This document shows, piece after piece, positions 10,190-24,463 of a DNA stretch of 64,000 nucleotides. Location: NCBI GenBank assembly GCA_965200315.1, contig OZ241362.1:2400001-2464000 (forward strand). The letters run 5' to 3'. The first letter of the stretch is position 1; every line of letters begins with the position of its first letter. The translations under genes and the position numbers were made by a program. This DNA comes from Candidatus Latescibacterota bacterium (GTDB lineage: Bacteria > Latescibacterota > UBA2968 > UBA8231). The notes beneath the pieces are model-generated. The model did no database searches. It was not told the origin of the DNA and saw only the letters and a list, made by a program, of their open reading frames with translations.

Positions 10190-11299
10190 TTATTCCTGCA
10201 ACAGGCTCTCTTGGTTGTCCAGAGCAAAAAAGTGGGCTTTGTCTATCTCGACGACCAACCGCACCGTTTGGTCAACTTGCGGCATGTGTAGCGGATCGAC
10301 GCGGGCGACAAAAGCGGTTTTGCCGGTGGTCAGATTGAGAAAGACCTCGTTGCCCATGGGTTCGACCACTTCGACCTTAGCCGCAATTTCGACGGTCTCG
10401 ACATTGCGGCCAATGGTATCCGGGTCGTGGATGTCTTCCGGGCGAATGCCCAGCGTCACTTCCTGACCCAAGTAGCTGCCTAGCTGTTCGCCGTGGCCGG
10501 CGGGCAGGGTGAGTTGCACACTGCCTTCGTCGAAGACTAGACCGCTGCCGTTAGAGGTCAGCTTGCCGCGGATGAAGTTCATGGAGGGGCTGCCGATAAA
10601 GCCGGCGACGAACTGGTTGACGGGTTTGTTGTAGAGATGGAGAGGCTTGTCAATCTGCTGGATTAGGCCATCGCGCATAACCACGATGCGGTCTCCCATG
10701 GTCATGGCCTCGACTTGGTCGTGCGTCACGTACACCATGGTGGCCCCTAAGCGGGTGTGCAACTTGCTGATCTCGGTGCGCATCTGCACCCTCAGCTTGG
10801 CGTCGAGGTTGGAGAGCGGTTCGTCAAAGAGGAATACCTTGGGCTTGCGGACGATCGCACGCCCCACTGCCACGCGCTGGCGCTGACCGCCCGAAAGCGC
10901 TTTAGGCTTGCGCTCTAGCAAGTCTTGGATGCCGAGTATATCGGCCGCTTCTTGCACCCGCGCCTCAATCTCGTCTTTGGGATATTTCCGCAGCTTAAGG
11001 CCAAAGGCCATGTTTTGATAGACGCTCATGTGCGGGTAGAGCGCGTAATTCTGGAATACCATGGCGATGTCGCGGTCCTTGGGGGGCACGTCGTTGACGA
11101 TCGTCCCATCTATCGAAATCTCGCCTGCGGTGATTTCCTCAAGCCCGGCAATCATCCGCAGCGTCGTGGACTTGCCGCAGCCTGAAGGGCCGACGAGCAC
11201 CACGAATTCTTTGTCTCTGATCTCGATATTGGCATCGTCCACCGCCACCACGTCTTTGTCGTATACTTTGCGGATATTCTTCAAAATTACTTCAGCCAT
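10190..11299 (-). CDS. Sugar/glycerol-3-phosphate ABC transporter ATPase (MalK/MsmX/UgpC family)
   Basis: [40 protein letters not shown]-terminal TOBE region. Confidence 0.95.
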   Translation of the reverse strand: MAEVILKNIRKVYDKDVVAVDDANIEIRDKEFVVLVGPSGCGKSTTLRMIAGLEEITAGEISIDGTIVNDVPPKDRDIAMVFQNYALYPHMSVYQNMAFGLKLRKYPKDEIEARVQEAADILGIQDLLERKPKALSGGQRQRVAVGRAIVRKPKVFLFDEPLSNLDAKLRVQMRTEISKLHTRLGATMVYVTHDQVEAMTMGDRIVVMRDGLIQQIDKPLHLYNKPVNQFVAGFIGSPSMNFIRGKLTSNGSGLVFDEGSVQLTLPAGHGEQLGSYLGQEVTLGIRPEDIHDPDTIGRNVETVEIAAKVEVVEPMGNEVFLNLTTGKTAFVARVDPLHMPQVDQTVRLVVEIDKAHFFALDNQESLLQE

Positions 11300-11370
11300 C
11301 GCGTCCCTCTTCTGCTGTTATGGGCTTTGACAGTTATTGAGCTAGAAAGAGTTAGAGTATAATAAATAAA

Positions 11371-11826
11371 TTACAAAATCTCTATGTTGCACTCCATTAA
11401 AACGGCGGCGTCCGGGGGATCGCTATAGTACGCCGCCCGCCGCCCTACGGTTCGGAACCCCGCCTTGTGATAAAGCGCCCGTGCGGCCCGATTTGCCGAG
11501 CGCACTTCAAGCGCACAACAGCTAGCACCTTGTGCTGAGGCCACGCGCAACATCCGCCCCAACAACTGCCCAGCCCAGCCCCGGTTCCGATACGCCGGAT
11601 CTACGGCGAGATTGGCGAGGTGAAAATAGCGGTCAGCGAAATAACCCAAGGCATAGCCGATTAGTTTGCCGCAGTGCAAAAGCCCCAAACACAGGGCCTC
11701 TCTATCTGCAAGTAAGTAGCAAAAATCGGCCTCGCTCCACGGATTGGCGAAAGAGCCTCGCTCAATCTCCATCAAGCGATGTAGGTGGATCGGCCCTAGC
11801 GGAACGAAGCAACTGTCGCCGCTCAT
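11371..11826 (-). CDS. rimI: RimI-like GNAT N-acetyltransferase
   Basis: NLAVDPAYRNRG, LEVRSAN, LYHKAGF, RRAAYY. Adjacent to tsaB. Confidence 0.85.
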   Translation of the reverse strand: MSGDSCFVPLGPIHLHRLMEIERGSFANPWSEADFCYLLADREALCLGLLHCGKLIGYALGYFADRYFHLANLAVDPAYRNRGWAGQLLGRMLRVASAQGASCCALEVRSANRAARALYHKAGFRTVGRRAAYYSDPPDAAVLMECNIEIL

Positions 11827-12521
11827 GCCCGCGCTAGGGGACGAGCATCGGGCGAGCGCAAGTAATCGGGTTCCACTGAGGCCAAGTCCGCAGTCTGGCC
11901 CTTCTCCAGCTTGGATAGCGCCAGCCAGCCAATAGTCCCAGCGTCGGGACGGGCGCAGGGCAGGGGAGCAAATTGCGCGGCCGAGTTGGCTGCCAACAGA
12001 TCGCGATAGGCCGTGGCTCCGTCTCCGGTGTAAATTGTCGCCGTGCGGGCGCGCTCTTGGACCAACTGCGCTGGCGCGATGGCCCGGGGCGGCATCACTT
12101 CAACCGGAACGCCCGTCGCCGTGTCGTAGAGAGCGGCATAGACCTCGCGCTTGCGCGCGTCGAGGACACTACAGACGGGTAGGCGGGCAAAGGGTAGGCG
12201 GGCAGCCAATGCTTCCAGCGTTGAAACGACCACTAGATCCTTAGCTGCGGCCAAACACAAGCCCTTAGCTGCGCTCAGCCCGATCCTCAGGCCAGTAAAG
12301 GACCCCGGCCCAATCGCGACGGCTACGGCCCGCACTTTCCCGACATCTATGCCTGCGGCCTCTAGTGCGGCCTCTACCTCGCCGAACAGCCGCTGCGAAT
12401 GCTGCAATCCCACGTCGAAATAGCGGCTGACGACGATCCCTTCTGCCGCACAAAGCGCCACGCTGCCGACCGCGGTAGCCGTATCCAACGCCAGAATCAC
12501 GCCACAGCCGGGTGCGCTCAT
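11823..12521 (-). CDS. tsaB: t6A biosynthesis protein TsaB
   Basis: LALDTAT, HSQRL, GPGSFTGLRIG, DARKREVY, EPDYLR. Confidence 0.93.
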   Translation of the reverse strand: MSAPGCGVILALDTATAVGSVALCAAEGIVVSRYFDVGLQHSQRLFGEVEAALEAAGIDVGKVRAVAVAIGPGSFTGLRIGLSAAKGLCLAAAKDLVVVSTLEALAARLPFARLPVCSVLDARKREVYAALYDTATGVPVEVMPPRAIAPAQLVQERARTATIYTGDGATAYRDLLAANSAAQFAPLPCARPDAGTIGWLALSKLEKGQTADLASVEPDYLRSPDARPLARA

Positions 12522-13543
12522 AAAAGCTCCAATTGCTCGCCGAGGCTTGGCGGAGGCTCAAAGCCGAGGCGATCCCAAGCGCGTGGCATAGCCACGCGGC
12601 CCCTTGGAGTGCGCTTGATAAACCCCTCCTTAATCAAGTAAGGCTCGACTACTTCCTCAATTGTCTCGGCCTCCTCGCCGATTATAGCCGCTAAATTGCT
12701 CAAACCGACCGGGCCGCCGTTGAATTTTTCAATAATGGCCCGCAGCAGCGTGATATCCATCTCATCAAGCCCCAGCTCGTCAACGCTATGGATGACGAGT
12801 GCCTTTTGCACCACCTCGGCGTCAATCTCGCCTTCGCCTTGCACTTGAGCAAAATCGCGCGCTCGGCGCAGCCAGCGCTTGGCAATCCGCGCTGTACCGC
12901 GAGAGCGACGGGCAATTTCCATCGCGCCCGACTCTGAAACTGAGAAATTCAGCAGGCGAGCGTCGCGCTTGACGATCTCGGCAAGTTCGGCGACCGAGTA
13001 GTAGTCGAGGTGGGCAGTAAGCCCAAAGCGCGCACGCATCGGCGAAGTCAACAGGCCCTGGCGAGTCGTGGCCCCAACTAAAGTGAAAGGCTCCAACGGC
13101 ACGCTGACCGAGCGGGCCGCCGGGCCTTGGTCGATTATGATGTCAATTTTGAAGTCCTCCATCGCCGAGTACAGGTATTCTTCGACCACGCGGTTGACGC
13201 GGTGAATCTCGTCGATGAAGAGCACGTCGCGCGGCTCCATGGTCGTGAGCATGCCAGCTAACTCACTTGGACGTTCGAGCAAAGGCCCTGAAGTGGGATA
13301 GATTTCAACGCCCAACTCTTTGGCGATCACATAGGAAAGCGTCGTCTTGCCCAGACCAGGCGGACCGTATAGCAGCACATGGTCCATGGCTTCGCCGCGC
13401 TGCCGAGCGGCTTCAATAGCAATGCCTAGCTGCTGCTTGGTCTTCTCTTGGCCCAGCATCTCGGCAAGGGACTGAGGACGCAGCGTATTGTCGAACTGAA
13501 GGTCGTCGCCTCCCCCATTAGGATCTATGGGTCGATGGTCCAT
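12518..13543 (-). CDS. ruvB: Holliday junction helicase RuvB
   Basis: LRPQSL, GPPGLGKTT, FIDEIHR, GATTR, EPYL, RTPRGR. Confidence 0.97.
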   Translation of the reverse strand: MDHRPIDPNGGGDDLQFDNTLRPQSLAEMLGQEKTKQQLGIAIEAARQRGEAMDHVLLYGPPGLGKTTLSYVIAKELGVEIYPTSGPLLERPSELAGMLTTMEPRDVLFIDEIHRVNRVVEEYLYSAMEDFKIDIIIDQGPAARSVSVPLEPFTLVGATTRQGLLTSPMRARFGLTAHLDYYSVAELAEIVKRDARLLNFSVSESGAMEIARRSRGTARIAKRWLRRARDFAQVQGEGEIDAEVVQKALVIHSVDELGLDEMDITLLRAIIEKFNGGPVGLSNLAAIIGEEAETIEEVVEPYLIKEGFIKRTPRGRVAMPRAWDRLGFEPPPSLGEQLELL

Positions 13544-13553
13544 AGCCGAGCCT

Positions 13554-14144
13554 TCAGTGCTCCTTGAGGGCCAGTTTGATTAGCTGTTGCACACTCAGGT
13601 CGGTGCCGTGCTTTTCGACAGCCCTGCGCACCGCTTGGCGAGCGGCAGTTGCTACGTACCCCAACGTCATCAGAGCCTTTGCCGCCTCCTCGCTCGCGCC
13701 AGGTTTAGCCTCCAAGGCCGCTTCGCCTGCCGCCGGGACACTCAAGCCGATCTTGTCCTTCAGATCGAGCACCAAGCGTTCTGCGGTCTTGCGACCAATG
13801 CCCTTGATCGCCGTCAGTTCGGCTACGCGCTCCTGCAAGATGGCCGCCTGCAAATCGCGTAGGGTCGTGCCCGACAGCACGGTCAACGCCGAATGAGGGC
13901 CGATGCCCGAAACGCCGATCAGCAACTCAAAAAGCTCTCGCTCTTCCTCATCGGCAAAGCCGAAAAGCTCCATACGGTCTTCGCGCACGTAGAGATAGGT
14001 GAACAAATGGGCTCCCTCGGAGGCCGGGGGTAGTTGGTCGAAAGTTATCAGGGATATGGCCAAACCATAACCCACTCCGCCGACGTCGACGACGGCATGG
14101 GTAGGTGATTTGGACAGGAGTGTTCCACGCAAGTGTGTTATCAC
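13554..14144 (-). CDS. ruvA: Holliday junction binding protein RuvA
   Basis: GTG 14144 (VITHLRG), DVGGVGY, VRED, VSGIGP, KGIGRKTAERL. Confidence 0.95.
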   Translation of the reverse strand: MITHLRGTLLSKSPTHAVVDVGGVGYGLAISLITFDQLPPASEGAHLFTYLYVREDRMELFGFADEEERELFELLIGVSGIGPHSALTVLSGTTLRDLQAAILQERVAELTAIKGIGRKTAERLVLDLKDKIGLSVPAAGEAALEAKPGASEEAAKALMTLGYVATAARQAVRRAVEKHGTDLSVQQLIKLALKEH

Positions 14145-14152
14145 GGATATAC

Positions 14153-14692
14153 CTAATGCCGGACCATGCGGCTGAGCAAAGCCTCTATCTCGGGCTTGCG
14201 CTGTCCTCGGCCCTCGCATAAAACCCGACCGGACTGCTGGGTGTGACATAGCGCGATAGCCAAGGCGTCTGATGCATCGAGGGGCTTGGGTAGTTCCTTC
14301 AGACCCAAGCTGCGGGCCACCATGAACTGGACCTGTTGCTTGGTCGCTTGACCATTTCCGGTCACCGACCTTTTAACCATCGTCGGCGCATAGTGAGCAA
14401 TGGGCAAGCCGGCTTTGCGCATGGCGATGAGCAGGACACCTCTCGCTTGGCCTAGCTTGGCCGCCGCGGTGGCGTCCTTGCCGAAGAACGTGGTTTCGAT
14501 CGCACCCTGGCCTGGGGCGTAGTCGCCGATGAGCCGCGTCATCTCGTCGAACATGTAAACCAGCCGATCCTCAAACTCATCTTCCCTAGGGCGAATACAG
14601 CCGCAGGCAACATAGCGGGCCTTGCGCTTGCTGTATTCGACGAAGCCGTAGCCCGTGTTCGTGCTGCTAGGATCTACTCCAAGGACGAGCAA
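14153..14692 (-). CDS. ruvC: Crossover junction endonuclease RuvC
   Basis: LGVDP, LGQARGV, VTGNGQATKQQV, DASDALAIA. Confidence 0.95.
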   Translation of the reverse strand: MLVLGVDPSSTNTGYGFVEYSKRKARYVACGCIRPREDEFEDRLVYMFDEMTRLIGDYAPGQGAIETTFFGKDATAAAKLGQARGVLLIAMRKAGLPIAHYAPTMVKRSVTGNGQATKQQVQFMVARSLGLKELPKPLDASDALAIALCHTQQSGRVLCEGRGQRKPEIEALLSRMVRH

Positions 14693-14704
14693 AACGAAGA
14701 CCCA

Positions 14705-15463
14705 CTAGGCCTGAGCCATGAGTTTTTCGAGCTCGTCTTCTCGGAGATCGAAATTGGAAAAGACCTTCTGTACGTCGTCTAGATCCTCCAATGCTTCGAG
14801 GAGGCGGATAATTTTCTCGGCCTCTTCGCCTTGTACTTCGAGCACATTTTCGCTTTTGGGCATCCAAGCCAACGTCGCCTCGGCGAAGGCAATGCCGTTG
14901 GCCTCCAGTGCCTTTTTAACCGGCTCCAAGTCGGCAACTGGAGTCGTTACTTCGTGGACTTGGTCGCCATCTTGGATATCCTCACCTCCCGCATCCACGA
15001 CCGCCAATAGGAGGTCGTCTTCGGAAACAAGGGCCTTGTCCACTTCGATAACGCCCTTGTGTTCAAACATCCAAGCTACCGCCCCACTTTCTGCGAGGTT
15101 GCCGTTGTACTTCGTGAATACGTGGCGAATTTCGGAAACCGTGCGGTTGCGGTTGTCCGATAGGGTTTCGACCATGATGGCCACCCCACCGGGGCCATAG
15201 CCTTCAAAGAGTCCCTCCTCGTATATCGCCCCCGGCTCGTCGCCAGTGCCGCGGCGTATGGCGCGCTCAATGGTTGCCGCGGGCATATTGGCCGCTTTGG
15301 CATTCTGGACTGCCGTGCGCAGACTTGGATTGACTCCCTCAGCGCCTCCGCTACGGGCCGCCACTGAAATCTCGCGGATCAACTTCGTAAAAATTTTGCC
15401 GCGCTTGGCGTCGTTGGCACCTTTTTTGCGCTTGATTGTACTCCATTTGGAGTGGCCAGACAT
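14705..15463 (-). CDS. yebC: YebC/PmpR family protein
   Basis: MSGHSKWSTIKRKKG, EGYGPGG, DNRNRT, DLDDVQ. Canonical position upstream of ruvC. Confidence 0.95.
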   Translation of the reverse strand: MSGHSKWSTIKRKKGANDAKRGKIFTKLIREISVAARSGGAEGVNPSLRTAVQNAKAANMPAATIERAIRRGTGDEPGAIYEEGLFEGYGPGGVAIMVETLSDNRNRTVSEIRHVFTKYNGNLAESGAVAWMFEHKGVIEVDKALVSEDDLLLAVVDAGGEDIQDGDQVHEVTTPVADLEPVKKALEANGIAFAEATLAWMPKSENVLEVQGEEAEKIIRLLEALEDLDDVQKVFSNFDLREDELEKLMAQA

Positions 15464-15580
15464 CGGCTGTATCTCCTTGCCAATCCTCGCTCGCGCTCTT
15501 ACTACTCAAAGCAGAAGCACCGTTTGAAAAAAACCGACTGTTCTCTATGACAGTATTAAGATAAAAAACCCGCGCAATCC

Positions 15581-15620
15581 AAAAAGCAAAGGGCCGCCGA
15601 CCGCTTGGCCGACCGCCCTT
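15581..15620 (-). terminator. Probable intrinsic terminator after EF-G paralog
   Basis: Minus strand AAGGGCGGTCGGCC-AAGC-GGTCGGCGGCCCTT followed by TGCTTTTT. Confidence 0.6.
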
Positions 15621-15643
15621 CACAACGGGTAAAAGCAAGTCGC

Positions 15644-17713
15644 TCAGGCCGCTTCTTTGCCCTTATTTTTTTGCGTATTCTCAATGACTTTAACCATGAT
15701 ATCCCCGGGGACTTCCTCGTAGCGGTCGAATCGCTGCGCATGGAATCCCTTACCCTGCGTCATGGAGCGCAGCAACGTGGCATAACGGTCTATTTCGGCT
15801 AAGGGGGCCTCGGCGTGGATGACCTGGAAATGGCCGGCCGCGGCCATGCCGCTGATCCGACCTCGCCGCCCCGAGAGGTCGCCCATTACGTCACCCATAA
15901 ATTCCTCGGGCACCGTAATTTCCAACTGATAAATAGGCTCTAGCAGGATCGGCTTGGCCTTGAGGAAGGCATCCTTGAAGGCGTGGGAGCTGGCCAATTT
16001 AAAAGAAACTTCATCCGAATCTACCGGGTGGTGCTTACCGTCGTACACGGTAGCCGCCACATCAATGACTTGGTAGCCGGCCACTGGCCCCTCGCTCAGC
16101 GTCTCGACAATGCCCTTTTCCACCGCGGGGATAAAGTTGCTCGGGATATTGCCGCCGACGACCTCATTGAGAAACTCAAAACCTTTACCGCGCCCTTTGG
16201 GGGCAATGCGCAGAGACACCTCGCCAAACTGCCCTCTTCCGCCCGACTGCTTCTTGTGCCGATATTGCGCATCGGCGTTGCCGCGGATCGTTTCTCGATA
16301 GGGAATCCGTGGCACCTCCATATCAATCTCCACGCCAAATCGCTCTTTCAGGCGGCTAACGATAATTTCCAGATGCAACTCCCCTTGGGTGAGCAGGATC
16401 GTTTGGCGGACCTCACCGTCGTATTTCATAATGAAGCTCGGATCTTCCTCGTGCAATTGGGAAAGTCCGGTAGCGACACGATCCTCGCCCCCCTGCTCCT
16501 TGGCGTGAATAGCCACGCGAATTAGCGGCTCCGGGAATGCAATGCCCGGAAGTTGCAGCGACGCGCCCTTGGCGCAAAAGGTATCGGTCGTATGGGTGCT
16601 TTTGAGCTTGACTAAGGCGACTATATCGCCAGCTTCGGCGCTTGCGATTTCGGTCCGCTTGTTGCCGTTGAGGTGATAGATCTGGCCAATGCGCTCGGTG
16701 GCGCGCTTGCTTGAGTTGGCCACTTCGTCGCCGGGCTTGATCGCTCCAGAGAAAAGGCGCAGCAGAGAAAGCTCTCCTACGTGCTGCTCGGCCAAGGTCT
16801 TGAACACTAAAGCAGCCAAGGGCGCAGTAGCGGTCCCTTCAAGCTCAACCTCCTGTCCCTCGCCATCCTCGAATCTGAGTCCTGCCGCTTCGGCTGGCGA
16901 CGGCCCGTATTGCACCAAGGCGTCCAGCAGCCGATCAATGCCGACATTGTTGTAGGAATCCCCAAAAAAGACCGGAAAAATTTCTAGCTGTAACACAGCT
17001 CGGCGCAGACCAGCAACCATATCCTCTGTGGTCAATTCGCCCTCGCTGAAATACTTCTCCATCAGTTCTTCGTCGGTCTCAGCAATGGCTTCTACCAGTT
17101 GCTCACGCAACTCTTCAGCGCGGCTCTGGACCTCGTCAGGTATGTCTCCTTCTGTGGCTTTACCATCTTGGTACGCATAGGCTCTCATCGCAACCAGATC
17201 GACAATATGGTTGAATCCCTCGCCGGGATTTACCGCCATTTGCAAAGGCACGACTTGGCGTCCGAAACGCTCTTGAAGCATTTCTAAGACCTGGTCGGCG
17301 TCTGCATCAGCGCGATCCATCTTGTTGATGAATAGTACCCGGGGCAAATTGTAATCGGCAGCGAAATTCCAAGTCCGCTCAGTGCCGATCTCTATCCCGG
17401 TAACCGAATCAACGACAGCGACCATTGCGTCGGACACGCGTAGCGCCGCCTTGGCCTCGGAGATAAAATCTGCATAGCCCGGCGTATCAATTATATTGAG
17501 GTGATGATCCTGCCATTGGCCATTCAGCAGAGAGACCTTGAGCGAAATCTGACGCTCGATCTCGGCCGAATCGCAATCCGATGTCGTCGTCCCGTCATCA
17601 ATGCGTCCCAAGCGATTTACGACGTCCATGTTGAATAACATGGCCTCAGACAGCACTGTTTTACCTGCGCCGCTATGGCCACACAGAGAGAAATTCCTCG
17701 TTTGTTCGCTCAA
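15644..17713 (-). CDS. fusA: Elongation factor G paralog (EF-G2-like)
   Basis: GHSGAGKT, DTPG, NKMD, QGELHLEI, KKQSGGRGQFG, ILLEP. RQISL replaces the canonical RGITI, and it is not in the str operon. Confidence 0.9.
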   Translation of the reverse strand: MSEQTRNFSLCGHSGAGKTVLSEAMLFNMDVVNRLGRIDDGTTTSDCDSAEIERQISLKVSLLNGQWQDHHLNIIDTPGYADFISEAKAALRVSDAMVAVVDSVTGIEIGTERTWNFAADYNLPRVLFINKMDRADADADQVLEMLQERFGRQVVPLQMAVNPGEGFNHIVDLVAMRAYAYQDGKATEGDIPDEVQSRAEELREQLVEAIAETDEELMEKYFSEGELTTEDMVAGLRRAVLQLEIFPVFFGDSYNNVGIDRLLDALVQYGPSPAEAAGLRFEDGEGQEVELEGTATAPLAALVFKTLAEQHVGELSLLRLFSGAIKPGDEVANSSKRATERIGQIYHLNGNKRTEIASAEAGDIVALVKLKSTHTTDTFCAKGASLQLPGIAFPEPLIRVAIHAKEQGGEDRVATGLSQLHEEDPSFIMKYDGEVRQTILLTQGELHLEIIVSRLKERFGVEIDMEVPRIPYRETIRGNADAQYRHKKQSGGRGQFGEVSLRIAPKGRGKGFEFLNEVVGGNIPSNFIPAVEKGIVETLSEGPVAGYQVIDVAATVYDGKHHPVDSDEVSFKLASSHAFKDAFLKAKPILLEPIYQLEITVPEEFMGDVMGDLSGRRGRISGMAAAGHFQVIHAEAPLAEIDRYATLLRSMTQGKGFHAQRFDRYEEVPGDIMVKVIENTQKNKGKEAA

Positions 17714-17791
17714 TTTGACTCCTCCTGAATTAAGAGAAGTGCTTAATTAATTGGCCTATCTTAGCGTTGTCAAGGTATTTTCCACACACAC

Positions 17792-17824
17792 AAAAAAAGC
17801 CCACCCCCAAAGGGATGGGCTTTT
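17792..17824 (-). terminator. rRNA operon terminator
   Basis: AAAAGCCCA...TGGGCTTTT hairpin with a U7 tract on the minus strand, immediately after 5S. Confidence 0.8.
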
Positions 17825-17830
17825 AAAAAA

Positions 17831-17947
17831 TCCGGCAGCTTCCTACTCTCCCACTAGGCGACCCCAGCAGTACCATCGGCGCAAGAGGGCTTAACGGCTC
17901 TGTTCGGAATGGGAAGAGGTGTTGCCCCTCCGCTATGACCACCGGAA
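17831..17947 (-). rRNA. rrf: 5S rRNA
   Basis: Reverse complement contains CCCATTCCGAACAGAGCCGTTAAGC...CGCCGATGGTACTG...GGGAGAGTAGG. About 117 nt. Confidence 0.95.
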
Positions 17948-18027
17948 AACTCAAATTCTCTTCAACAACCGAATACAGGCCCACACCAAAAGCAACGCAA
18001 AACTCCAGTATTGCTGCGACAATAAAT

Positions 18028-21050
<3,023 letters not shown>

Positions 21051-21190
21051 AAAAATCACTGCCACAACACTACTAGAGGTAATGCATCACGGTGTCTCGA
21101 GCAGTAAGCACATAGCGTACTTCCACTCGGTAAACCTTGATTATTAATTGGTATGAACCTGTATTCGATTGTCAAAGAGCAAAAGCCTGA

Positions 21191-21267
<77 letters not shown>

Positions 21268-21356
21268 GAAAATCGAATAACGCACATGAGAGCAGGTCAA
21301 AGAGTAAAAACATTGACCTAGGCAGATAATGTCGGGAGTCTAAACTCCCAATAATC

Positions 21357-22920
<1,564 letters not shown>

Positions 22921-23039
22921 AAAAATTTGATATACTACTTTTTGCAAATCCAAGCTCTTCGACGCTGGACCCTCATGTACGTTATTCGATTTTCAAAGAT
23001 CAATAATCGCTCAGGTATCGAGCGTAACCGTAACATTGT

Positions 23040-23068
23040 AAAATAAGCTTCGACTCCCGCTCTGTCAA
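23040..23068 (-). promoter_or_regulatory. Putative sigma70 rRNA promoter
   Basis: TTGACA (23068-23063), 17 nt, TATTTT (23045-23040), about 120 nt upstream of 16S. Confidence 0.55.
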
Positions 23069-23129
23069 GAGGAGAGAACAAAATAGCGGTCCCAAAGAAA
23101 AGACAGAAACCGACACAACGCTTCCAATA

Positions 23130-24368
23130 TCAACCCCAGCTAGCAGCCCCCTTCAATTCGCCCTGCCTTTCCGGGGCAATGCGCTCAAAGTAGCCGCTGT
23201 GGCGATAGGCACCCAAGGGATCGGCTTCGGCCCCCAGTTCCTGGCGCACTATCGCCAGCAAGGAGCGCACATCCGTGTCATAGGCATTGCGCAAAATTTC
23301 TTCGCATACCACTACGTCGTCCTCCACCTGCGCCTCAGCTAGTGCCGTGCGGTCAACCAGCAATGCACGGGCATAAGCCGTCTGGATATTGAGCACAGAC
23401 TGGATCATCGCCTCGACTTTGGGCTTGATAATATGGCTTTGGTCGATCATGTAGGCGATATTAGCCGCTGCGGCACCGCGCTGCTCAGCGTTGAGGATCT
23501 CGTGGTAAATCAGAAAAACCTCGTAGAGGTTGACCGATCCGGTGGTCACATCATCATCGGCGTATTTGCGGTTGTTGAAGTGAAAACCACCCATCCGCCT
23601 CTCGTCGAGGAGCAAGGCCACGATGTGCTCAATGTTGGTGGAAAGAGGATGGTGCCCTAGATCAACCAGCACTTCGGCCTTGGGCCCGGCTTTAACGGCG
23701 AAATTTAGTGCCATACCCCAGTCGGCAATGTCCGTATGGTAAAACGCCGGCTCAAAGAATTTGTATTCAATGAGCATCCGCGCTCCTTCGGGAAGCATGG
23801 CGTGGGTCTCGCTCAGACATTCTTCAAAGCGCCGCTTGCGTGCAATGATATCGTCTTGGCCCGGGTAGTTTGTACCGTCGGCAAACCAAAGGCTCAGCAC
23901 TGTGGACCCGGTCTGCTGCATGATATCCACGCATTCGTGCATGCGATCGAGCGCCTTACGACGCACGGCCAAGTCCCGGTGGCCGAAACTGCCCAATTTG
24001 TATTCAGGCTCTTGGAAGACATTGGGATTGATTGCCCCGATACATACACCCAATTCCGTCGCTTCCTGCCGCAAGGCGTCGTAGTCATCCACTTTATCCC
24101 ACGGGATGTGCAAAGCCACGCCGGGACAGACACCCGTCACCTTGTGTACTTGGGCCGCATCGGAAAGCCGCTCGTGGACGTCGCGAGCGGCACCGGGCTG
24201 TTTGAAAACGCCAAAGCGCGTCCCCGAATTGCCATATCCCCAAGAGGGCGTCTCGATCTCTTGGGCTTTGAGCTTGGATTTGACTTCTTCGACTTCGATA
24301 CCTTGGCCTGAGAGCATTTCGGCTAAAGCTGCAAATTGGTCCTCTATATTGTGCTGTGGAATTCCCAT
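23130..24368 (-). CDS. rhaI: L-rhamnose isomerase (RhaI-type, xylose-isomerase-like TIM barrel)
   Basis: ETPSWGYGNSGTRF, ALHIPWD, LWFADGTNYPGQ, IEYKFFEP, VDLGHH, GFHFN, DQSH. Confidence 0.88.
   Translation of the reverse strand: MGIPQHNIEDQFAALAEMLSGQGIEVEEVKSKLKAQEIETPSWGYGNSGTRFGVFKQPGAARDVHERLSDAAQVHKVTGVCPGVALHIPWDKVDDYDALRQEATELGVCIGAINPNVFQEPEYKLGSFGHRDLAVRRKALDRMHECVDIMQQTGSTVLSLWFADGTNYPGQDDIIARKRRFEECLSETHAMLPEGARMLIEYKFFEPAFYHTDIADWGMALNFAVKAGPKAEVLVDLGHHPLSTNIEHIVALLLDERRMGGFHFNNRKYADDDVTTGSVNLYEVFLIYHEILNAEQRGAAAANIAYMIDQSHIIKPKVEAMIQSVLNIQTAYARALLVDRTALAEAQVEDDVVVCEEILRNAYDTDVRSLLAIVRQELGAEADPLGAYRHSGYFERIAPERQGELKGAASWG
23196..23297. repeat. Inverted repeat copy 1 (102 bp, inside rhaI 3' end)
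   Basis: Reverse complement of 27919-28021 except for one extra base in that copy. Confidence 0.95.
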
Positions 24369-24463
24369 TCTGCCTCTCCTTCAATTATTGGGCTTAGTAG
24401 GTCAAGCCGGTACATCGGGACGGTAGTTACACGCAACCGCTGCGGCCTGCTCCCGTACTCCCC

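Noticed and set aside
11327-11363. Plus-strand TTGACA...TATAAT antisense promoter facing rimI
   Set aside because: Spacing is 25 nt, incompatible with sigma70; likely chance in an AT-rich gap.
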